Positions 51,894-62,275 of a DNA stretch of 64,000 bases are shown piece by piece. Under the pieces are notes generated by a model, which saw nothing but the letters and a program-made list of their open reading frames with translations, was not told the origin of the DNA and ran no database searches. The stretch spans positions 149,606,001 through 149,670,000 of the forward strand of contig NC_086097.1 in NCBI RefSeq assembly GCF_963921235.1, read 5' to 3'. Within the stretch, counting starts at the first letter, position 1, and every line of letters starts with the position of its first letter. This stretch comes from Mobula hypostoma (Eukaryota). The position numbers were made by a program, and so were the translations under genes.

Positions 51894-52378
51894 TGGAGGT
51901 TAACTGAGGGAATCCTGTTGTCCCTATCCCTCTCTGCCACCAGTAATGTACATGCATGAACGTCGATTTCTCAAACTTCCGGTAATGCCCCAAGCTGCGC
52001 CCCCCCCCTTCTTTATCTCCCATCCCCTTTTCCCTCTCTCACCTCATCTGCTTGCCCACCCATTGCCTCCCTCTAGTACTCCTTCCCCCTTTTTTCTTTC
52101 TTCCATGGCCCTCTGTCTCTTTCACCAATCAACTTCCTAGCTCTTTACTTCACCACCCCACCCCCCACCAGGTTTCACCTATCACCTGGCATTCCTTTCT
52201 CCCCTCCCCTCACCTTTAAAATCCACTCCTCAGCTTTTTTTTTATCTAGGCCTGCCAAAGGGTTTCGACCCGAAATGTCGACTGTACTTTTTCCTATAGA
52301 TGCTGCCTGGTCTGCTGAGTTCCAGCATTTTGTGTGTGTTGCTTCGATTTCCAGCATCTGCTGATTTTCTCTTGTTGG
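51894..52378 (+). mobile_element. Penelope 3' end inserted in a V-SINE, 9-bp TSD
   Basis: TSD taattaacc at 51885-51893 and 52379-52387; MNVDFSNF end, CT-rich tract, decayed hammerhead cctgccaaagggtttcgacccgaaatgtcgact. Confidence 0.8.
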
Positions 52379-52564
52379 TAATTAACCAATCTACATGACT
52401 TTGGGATGTGGGACATGCGGAGGAAACTCACACAGTCACTTGAAGAACATACAACCCTACAGAGATAGCAGCTGTCATCAGGATTAAACCCATGTCTCTG
52501 GCATGAGTAGTCAGCTGTGTCACCATGCCATCCTAATATTAATGAACAGCCGGATTCTCCATTA

Positions 52565-55500
52565 ATACCATAAGGCATAGAGACAGAAGTTTGACATTCA
52601 GCCCATCAAGTCTGCTGTGCCTTTCCATCATGGCTGATTTATTATTCCACTCAACACCATTCTTTTCCCCATAAGCTTTGATGCCCTGACAAATCAAGAA
52701 CCTATCAACATGCACTTTAAATATATTCAATACCTTGTCCTTCACAGCTGTCTGTAGCAGTGGATTCCACAGATTCACTATTCTCTGGCTAAAGGTATTC
52801 CTCTCATCTCTGTTCTAAAGGGATGTCCCTCTATTCTGAGGCTGTGCCCTATGGTCCTAGGACACCCCCACTAGAAGAAATATCCTCTCCACATCCATTC
52901 TATCTAGGGCTCTTAGTATTCAATACGTTTCAACGGGATCCCTTCTCATTCTTCTAAACTCCAGCAGGTACAGGCCCAGCGCCATCAAATGCTCCTCATA
53001 TGTTAAACCTTTCATTCCTGGAATCATTCTTGTGAATGTCCTCTGGAACCTCTCCAAAGCCAGCAAATCTTTTCTTAGATATGGGGCATAAAACTGCTCA
53101 CAATGCTCAAAGTGCAATCTAACCAATGCCTTATAAATGCTCAGCATTACATCTTTGCTTTTATGTTCCAGTCCTCTGAATGTGAATGTGAACATTGCAT
53201 TTACCTTCTTTACCATCAACTCAACTGGCAAGTTAGCCTTTAGGGAATCCTGCATGAGGACTCCTAAGTTCCTTTGCAACTCTGAATTTTCTCCGCATTT
53301 AGAGAATAGTCTATGCCTTTATTCCTTCTCAGAGTGCATAACCTCTTCCCTACACTATATTCTATCTGCCACATCTTTGCTCATCCTCCCAATCTGTCTA
53401 AGTCCTTCTGTAGAACCCCTGCTTCCTCAACACTACCTGATCCTCCTCCACCTTCAAATTATCCACAAACTTGGCCACAAAGCCATCATTCTCACATCCG
53501 AATCATTGATATACAACATGAAAAGAAGTTGTCCCTATACAATAGCACTGGTCACTGGCAGCCAATCAGGAATGGCCCCCTTGTTCCCACTCTTTGCCTC
53601 TTACAGTCAGCCAGTCTGCTATCCATGCTAGCAACTTTCCTGTAATACCAATCTTGTTGAACAGTTTCATGTACGGCACCTTGTCAAAGGCCTTCTGAAA
53701 ATCTAAATAAACAAAATCCACTAACTCTCCTTTATCTGTACTGCTTGTTATTTCTTCAAAGAATTCCAACAGATTGTAAGGCAAGATTTATCCTTAAAGA
53801 ATCCATGGTGACATTGGTCTCTTTATTATGTGCTTCCAAGTACCCAAAACTTCATCCTTAATAATGGACTCCAACATATTCCCAACTGCTTTGGTCGGGC
53901 TAACTAACATATAATTTCCTTTCATCTGCCCTCTTTCATTCTTAGAGTGGAGTGACATTTGCAATTTTCCAGTCCTCCAGAACCATTCTACAATTTAGTG
54001 ATTCCTGAAAAATCATTACTAACGCCTCCACAATCTCTTCAGCTACCTCTTTCAGAACATCCGGTTCAGGTGACTTATCTATCTTCAGACCTTTCAGCAT
54101 CTTCTCTTTAGTAATAGCAACTACACTCACTTCTGCCCCCTGACACTCGCATTCCTGGCATATTGCTAGTGTCTTCCACAGTGAAGACTGGTGCAAAATA
54201 GTTATTAAGTTTGTTCACCTTTTCTTTGTCCTCTGTTCCTACCTCTCCAGTGGCATTTTCCAGCAGTCCAATATTCACTTTTGCCTCTCTTGTACTCTTT
54301 ATATATCAGAAAAATTCTTATTGTATCCTCTTTTATTTTTGGCTAGCTTACCTTCATGTTTCATCTTTTTTCTCCTTATGGCTTCCGGTTGCCTTCTGTT
54401 GGTTTTTAAAAGCTTCTGAATCCTATTAATTTTTGCTACATTTTATTTTCCCTCCTTTGCTTTTATGCTGTCTTTGACTTCTCTTATCATCCATGGTTGT
54501 ATCATCTCCCTTTAGAATACTGCTTTATCTTTGGGATGTATCTATACTGCACCTTCTGAATTACCCCCAGGAACTCCAGCCATTCCTATTCCGCTGTCAT
54601 CCCTGCTAGTGCCCCCCTCTAATTAACTTTGGCCACCCTGTCTCCAATACACCTGTAATTCCTATTACTCCAGTTTAACACTGATACATCTGACTTTTTC
54701 TTCTCCTTCTGAAGCTGCAGGGTGAATCTAACCATATTATGGTTACTGCATCCTAGGGGTTCCTTTACCTTAAACTCTCTCATCAAATCTGGTTCAGTAC
54801 CTAATCCAGAATTGTCTTTCCCCTCGTGGGTCAACTAGGGCAGCCATCCCCTATGCACTTTACAATTCCCCTCTCTTGGGAACCAACACTAACCTGATTT
54901 TCCAAATATGCCTACATATTGAAATCCTCCATGACTATCGTAACATGATCCTTTTCTCATACCTTCTGTGCCTCCAGTTGTAATTTTTACCACACCCTGG
55001 CTACTATTCGGAGGCCTGTATATAACTCCCAGCAGGGTCGTCTTACTCTTGTAATTTCTTAACTCTACTCACAAGGATTCTGCATCTTCTGATTCTGTCA
55101 CCTCTTTCTAAGGATGTGATTTCAATTTTTACTAACAGAGCCACATCACCACCTCTGTCTTCCTGCCTGTCTTTTTGATACAATGTGTATCTTTGGATGT
55201 TAAGCTCCTAACTATAATCTTCTTTCAGCCACAACTCAGTGATGCCCACAACACGTTACCTGCCAATCCCTGGATGCACTACAAAATCACCTACCTTATT
55301 CCGTATACTGTGTGCATTCAAATATAACGCCTTCAGTCCTGTATTCATTACCCTTGTTGATTTTGTCCCCATGTTACACTGCAACTCATCCCACTGACTC
55401 CAATTTTGTCCTATTATCTGCCTGTCCTTCCTCGCAGCCTCACTGCACTGCATCAAACTGTATACCCACTGCACCATTTTCAGCCCAATCACTCCAGTTC

Positions 55501-56480
55501 CCAATCCCCTGCCATAATTTGTTTAAAACCTCCCCAACAAGTTTAGCAAACATGCGAGCGAGGGTATTAGTCCTCCTTGGGTTCAAGTGTGAACTGTCCT
55601 TTTTGTACAGGTCATACCTTCTCCAGAAGAGTTTCAGAAATCTGAAATCCTGCCTCAGCCACTCGTTCATCTGTCAACACCTGCACTAGTGAGTGGTACA
55701 GGCAGCAATCCAAAGATTACTACCCTGGAGGTCCTGCTTTTCAACTTTCTGCCTAACACCCTATATTCTATCTTCAGGGGCATCTCCCTTTTCCTGCATG
55801 TGTCTTTGGTACCAATATGTACCATGACTTCTAGCTGTTCACTCTCTCCCTTTAGAATGTCGTGGACTTGATCTGAGACACCCCTGACCCTGGCACCTGC
55901 AAGGCCACATACCATCTTGGTGTCTTTTTCACATCCATGGAACCTCCTGCCTGATCCTCTAATTATGGAGTCCCCTATCAACACTGCACTCCCCTTCTCC
56001 CCTGTGCCACAGAGACCAAATCAGTGCCAGAGACCTGGGTGCTGTGGCTTCCCCCAGTAGGTTGCCCACTCCCCAGTTTCCCTCATAACTGCATCTGCAC
56101 GAAATGCATTGTGCTGCAGCTCCTTAGATATACAAGGGATATACTCATTATTGAAGAGAATAGCCGCATCTATACTCTGCATTGGCTGCCTATTCCCTTT
56201 CCCTATCCTGATAGTCACCCAGGAACCTGTCTACTGTGGCTTTGGGTTGACTAACCACCTTGTAAAGCCATTCTTCCGTATAAGCCAAAGGTTCCAGTTC
56301 CTTAACATGATATCTAAGGACTTGTGGCTCATTGCATTTCGTGCAGATGTAGTTATCAGGAAAACTGGAGGTCTCTCAACTTTCCTGATCTCACAGAAAT
56401 AACATGCTACTAACCTTGCACCCATTCTCACTGCACTAGCTATATACTAATAGACCAAAAAAAAATCTGACTGCCTCAGC
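52565..56480 (-). mobile_element. Near full-length decayed CR1 LINE
   Basis: ORF1 esterase-like LIGDSIIRG...VHIGTKD; EN LYLNAHSIRNK, LGCSNHNMV; RT DWKIANVTPL, VYLDFQKAFDKVP; C-terminus RRMRRDPVETY; CR1 tail. Confidence 0.9.
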
Positions 56481-58271
56481 TGAACAACTGACTGCCACAA
56501 TAATAGTTTAATTGTACACAATTAAAAATGTAACCACTTTGGAAATAGCTGTGACTAAAGCCTTGAGTTTAACAGATGAACGAGGGAAGTGTTACATGTT
56601 TCAGTGCCATTGTTGTGAAGTGGGAACCACCATTTGTACTCTGATAAAATCAGGCCAAAGAGAGGATATACGGATAGATGGTGTGAGGAATAGAACATGC
56701 ACTCAGCCTGTTCCTATTACAGGAAACGAAGAGGGATTACCAGGGTTCACATTCTCAGAATCCTGATAGAAACTAAATGCTACCCAATTAGACCATACTT
56801 TGAGTCTCACCCTGGTAAAAATAGTCTGAAGACACATAATGACCCGTAATTTTTATCTGATTTCACTTGTTTTCAGAGATACTGACTGTGTTAGATGATC
56901 TGAAGCTGTGAAAACTGCTATAGAACTTAGAAATTCTTCCTGTTTTGTTTTTTTTGTTCAGCATTTTATAGCAATTTATTTATTTTATTTCATTTGAGAT
57001 TCTACCCTTCAATCCATGCCACCCAACAATCTCCCAGCTTAATCCTGGTCTAATCATGGGACAATGTACAATGACCTATTAACCCACCAACCAGTACGTC
57101 TTTGGACTGTGGGAGGAAACTGGAGTACCGGAGAATTAGCTATGCAGCTCAATTTTCTCCAAGCAGGGTACCAGCTGTGTCTAGCATGACTAATATTTAT
57201 GTTTTAGTCATCCTCATCAAACTGACTTCAAGCTTTTCCTTGAGAGCTACTGGAATATATCTATGAGTTGTATATTCAGCTGCTCCCTCTTATTTAGAAC
57301 CTGGTGGTTTTTGCCTTCTAATTTCCCCATTCTGTGTATATTTTAAAAAAATGACCACATATTCATCTGTGTGTTATGTTGGTGAAGTCTTTATGATGTT
57401 GGCAATGTGTACTTTTTTCAGTCCCATCTGTTCAACTATGCTACTTCCAACCATGGGTGTAACATCTTCTAGATCTACTTTGATAAAATCCACATCAGAA
57501 CTCTCTTTTGATTTGTTAGAGCATCCACTTTTAGGCATAATCTCTCAGCAATGTAGTGTGGTTTCATATTGGTATTGCATCATCATTGGTTGCAAATGTA
57601 CTGCCTTGATGTAGCTTCTGAGGCACACCTGTATTTTATTGCAGAAAGGACCAAAGTGTAAAAAAAATATATATATATATACATGTCTGGGCAAATTGAG
57701 AGTCCTGCATTCAGTTACGTTCTCCTTACTTGAGGGGGTATACAGGAATCAGAATTGATTCAGGGAAGGTTTACGAGTTTCTTTCCTGGGGTTAAAGAGA
57801 TACTTTACAAGAATAGTTTAGCAGATTATCTCAGCAATTAATGTATGTAGTTTTGAAGAAAGTGAAGCATACAAGCTTCAGAGAGTACTTATCAATGAAG
57901 ATACTGTGATACTTATCCTCTTGCAGGAAAAAATACTGGAAGTTGGAGGTATACTTTCAGAATGAGAGATTCTCCATTTAATTCGGAGATAAGAGAGAAT
58001 TTTCTCAATGAACATATGAAACACGACCAGGAGTGGGCCCCCAATCAGCCCTTCAAGCTGAGGCTGCTCTGCCAAACACTGAGATCGTGGTTGATGTGAT
58101 TGTAACATCTTTGATTCATTTCCATCTGTGCATGGTAACTTTTAATGCTGTTTCTTTACAATAACCCACCTTTCCATTTATGGAAAGGAGTTCTGAAGAC
58201 TGGTGACTTTCTGACAGAAAAAAAAAAGTTTTGCCAGCCCCACCTCCCCATTTTAAATGAGTAACTGCTTA

Positions 58272-61200
58272 TAGTCCGTGAGCCAGTAGGGTTGGTCGGT
58301 ACCATCTGAGGGGATTGATTTTCGGCAAGGTATACATTTCTAGAGTTAGAAAATATGTGAAAGCATTGAACCAGTGGTAGCTTTATTACTTCAAATAAGT
58401 AATCACTTTTTGTATATATTCCATATTAATATCAGTACAGCAGAAAGTGTTACCCCACCCCCCAAAAGGTAAAAAATGTCATTTGGAGAAATTTCTGGAG
58501 TTTTATCAATGTCATGATATTTTCCATGTTGTTGTATCAAATCAAAACAATCTTAGGCTTTTGTCATAGCATATAGAATTACAGTACAATAATTCAAATG
58601 TGGGGTTCCACACTGCCATTTGGTTACAAAATATATTTAATCAAAGACTGCTTTTCATAGTTTGTTTTCCATATTTTCGTAACCTAGTAATAATCATAAT
58701 TTTCCAAGTCTTCCATGTCTTCCACATCTTCATCTGAACTTTCGACACACTCTGAGGTAGATGCCCGGTTCTCACAGTCTGCCAGTCTACAAATGTCAGT
58801 AAACCTAAGGCCATTTGCAACACACATACATCTTGGGAGTGAACATTTTTTTGAACAGTTACAGGCCAGTAGGTCCAGGATGACATCAGGTGCTGGCTGG
58901 CCTTCCATCCAGTGCACCACCAACTGTTCAGCTTCCTCTTCTCTCTCCATCTTCCATCCTCTGCTAACAGGGCTTTCCACTTGTGGGTCCTTCTCCAAAC
59001 ATCTTCTCCATGTAGCAGCCTGGTAGTTGGCTCGCTGTGCATGCTTTGTTAAGTAGTTAAGTGGTGGGAGTTGATGACTTTTGATTTCACCTTTTTTGGC
59101 ACAGAAAAAGAGATGCCTGAACTCATTGACCTTGGTGGTCGATGCTTTTGGGGCATACAGGAGACATGTGAATACCTCCAGTTTGTCCATCAGTTCTGGG
59201 GCAAGGTCCCATTCCTGTCCCAACTCTAAGAATGTGTCCTGAGTTTCCCTGTTGCTGGTCAGAAGTTTTAGGGCACTTGTCTTCCCTTTGCCTACAAAAG
59301 CTCTTACAGTGTCACATCCTGTATATGCGTGCAACCCAATGAGAGCCCTACAAACCTCTGTGCCAACAGTGGCAGCAACCTTCCTGATGTTTACAAGCCT
59401 GTACGGGTTCTAGTGCCACACTTCTGGAACAATGGGACCTCAATCTTGTCACAAAATGCTAAAGACATGATAAAGACATCTGTGTCTTCTGAGCAGATCA
59501 CTACAGACTGGTATCCCTCTCTTGTGGCAGTCTGCTTCTTGTTGACACTGGAGAGCTGACACGTCTTCACTGTTTTGAGATGTGATTCTGTAACACATCA
59601 TTCACAGTTGCTTACAGAATCTTCTCCTGTAGCTTTGCGCTGTGCTCTGCCTTCCTCCATTCCTGGACTATGAAGCTAACGAGACTACTTTTGTTACTGA
59701 CTTTGGTCAGGAAGCTCCGCCACTGCCTCACCATCTGTGTGCCTGTGATAACTTGTAACTCATGACCAGTCTCTTCACCCCATAGAGATCTTTCACTATT
59801 CTTGATAGAGTTATCCTTGTATGTGTCGAACACAATATCTGTTCTGCTACTCTGACTGCCTTCCCTCAGAACCATACCCAGAATTGTTGTGGCAACATCT
59901 CTGAAAGTAACTTGATCACCTTTCACTCTTTGGACCAAGTTTACCCCAACAACCACTGTAGCAGAGTTTCCTGGGAGCTGCTCTTCTACTGCTACATTTT
60001 CCTGCAAAGTTGTGGCTAAGGTAGCTTTATTTGTCTTTCTCAGCAATCCTTCTGGTGTGGACAGGGCCTGATATGTGATGTAGTCTGAGCTATGATCTCG
60101 TCGAAATTGGTTGCCTTGGCCCTCCCAATTTTGAGTTCCCTCTGTAGAGTTTGATTTTCCAAGACAACATCCCTAAATGATACACTTTCAGAAACCATTA
60201 ACAATTTTCCTTTGTCATCTGGAAATATATCTACTGAATTGCCCAGCTCAGTTTCCTATGAAGGTGCTTCTTTGTAGAATCTTGCAGGAGTGTAACTCCA
60301 CCAGATAGCATGAAAGATTCAAGTTTCGTGACCAAAGTAGTGACTTGTACAATCATCTTGTTGGGTATGATATCAGTTCTGATATACTTGAAAAGGGTCT
60401 TTATAGGCTTCCCTTTCAATCCTTTTATACAGTTCATCACCATCTGTTTCATTGTCATTCTCTTTGTACTCAGGTTCCTTATTCTTGATTCTGGTATAAT
60501 CCTTATAGCACGAAACATGATAGTGAGCCTCTGCAGCAACTATGCCTCTGCTTCTTACTGCGAGAATCTTTTCATCTTCCTTTTGGGTTGCACATTCCCA
60601 TAGTGTTTGGTCAGCTCTGAGTTGTACAGCTTGTGTAAGCTTTTCACTTGACTTGGAGCCCTTCAGAAATTTCACCTTATTACAAGATCTCCTACTTGGC
60701 CTTCTTGATGTACAGGTATTCTCACCAGCTTCATCAGTAATCCTTTCCTTGGCTTTCCTTTTCAGAGTCTCTACATCTCTCTTCAAGGTGAAGAGGCTGC
60801 GGCATTTTCAGTGATAGTAGATTCTTGGGACTTTCTCTCCAAGTTCTTTAGCAACGTCTAAAATAGGGGCATAGTTTCTCACTTTGGCTGCTTCAAGTAA
60901 TGTTTTCCAGGATTCATAGTCTTGAGGACTAACTAAATAGTCATCATCTTCTTTTGATGTTTTCCGGTGTATGAAACATTGCTTCTTAATAGATTTTTTG
61001 TTCTTTTGGCTCTCCATTCTGAAGCAAAGTGATTCAGCTACTCCAGATCTAAATCTCTACTCTTCTCTCTCCTCTATTGTGCAGGACTATCCTACCAGTA
61101 CAGTACCTGAAACAGAAAAAAAATCACATTAGCATTGCTGGTGGGGAAAAAAGCACCTGCTGCAAAGGTGATATACAATATATAAATGTGAAATAGAACA

Positions 61201-61593
61201 TGAAAACAGAAGTACATCTTATATAATGTACAGTCACTGTTTTCACTGCCGGTAATAGATAACATTTGTAGAGATGCTAATTTTAACAACTTTTCTGAAA
61301 ATCATATAGTCTGAGCTATATTCCCACCAATTTTCAAAGACAAAGTGTCAATAATAAGAGAGAACCATAAGTTTGAAGTAGAATGCTTTATTCTGTGCTA
61401 TGTATAGTTTTGAAAAGTGTGTTTTGGCACGGGGTTATAAGTCGAGTGATAACACACAGAAAGCTACCACCGCTGCAATGCTATCACATATTTTCTAGCA
61501 CCAGAGGTGTATACCTTGCCAAAACTCACTATAAAAATTATTCCCCCCAGATGGTACCAGTGGCCTAAATTTGGGGTCCTGGCTCAATGACTA
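58272..61593 (-). mobile_element. Academ (AcademX-type) DNA transposon, internally deleted non-autonomous copy
   Basis: Termini tagtccgtgagccag / ctggctcaatgacta within ~110-130-bp imperfect TIRs (58272-58384, 61460-61593); flanks tta/cta inside a continuous CR1 tail. Fragmented ORF: IVAAEAHYHVSCY; LRKTNKA; DIVFDTY..SIKNSER; SEDTDV; HAYTGCDTVRAFVGKGK; LPP..RANYQA..W; CNCSKKC...C.C..NGLRFTDIC..C.N. Confidence 0.8.
58684..59334 (-). pseudogene. Academ C-terminal segment: XPG/FEN1-like H3TH region plus Cys-rich (CXC-like) finger
   Basis: 216-aa open stretch containing HAYTGCDT...GKGK and 7 of the expected 8 Cys; upstream frames are broken. Confidence 0.75.
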
Positions 61594-62210
61594 CTACCTT
61601 GACAGCATGATTTAAATTCTCTGATAAAAGGAATCATCATTTTCAGCTCCAACCTGTCATGACCGCTTATACGTATTTGTCTTTGTATTATTTATTCATT
61701 TTTTAATTTATTGTAATTTTTATGTCTTTGCACTGTACTGCTATTACAAAACATCACATTTCATGGTAAATAAGCCAGTAATATTTAATCTCATTCTGAT
61801 TCAGTTCAATCAAGTCCACTTTCAAAGTTCTAAACTTCAGTGGATACAAGTCTTGCCTTATAAGACAATCCACAATTTCAAGCTATTAGTCTTGTAAATC
61901 TTCTCTGAACTGCTACATTAAGTTTCTTTTCCAGAGGATTGGAAAATTGCAAATGCCACTGCACTCTTTAAGAAGGGAGGGAGGCAAAAGACAGGAAATT
62001 ATAGGCCAGTTAGCCTGACTTCAGTGGTTGGGAGGATGTTGGAGTCCATTATTAAGGATGAGGTTTTAGGCTACTTGGAGGCACATGGTAAACTAGGCCA
62101 AAGTCAGCAGGAGAAATCTTGCCTGACAAATCTGTTGGAATTCTTGACAACAGTATAATATACTAATGTAAGATAATCACCAATGCATCCAATCAGAAAT
62201 TAAGAAATGT

Positions 62211-62275
62211 ATTTTCCTAAAGATGATGAAGATCCATTTTCCTAAAGATGGTCGAGAGCTATTTTCCTAAAGATG
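62211..62275 (+). repeat. Three identical 15-mers with unique 10-nt spacers (period 25)
   Basis: attttcctaaagatg at 62211, 62236 and 62261; spacers atgaagatcc and gtcgagagct. Confidence 0.95.

Noticed and set aside
58684-59334. Host tesmin/CXC or FEN1-like gene
   Set aside because: It lies between TIRs in a frameshifted transposon ORF; one Cys is lost and there is no evidence of domestication.
62211-62275. CRISPR array
   Set aside because: Repeats (15 nt) and spacers (10 nt) are far too short, there are only three units, no cas genes, and the context is vertebrate.
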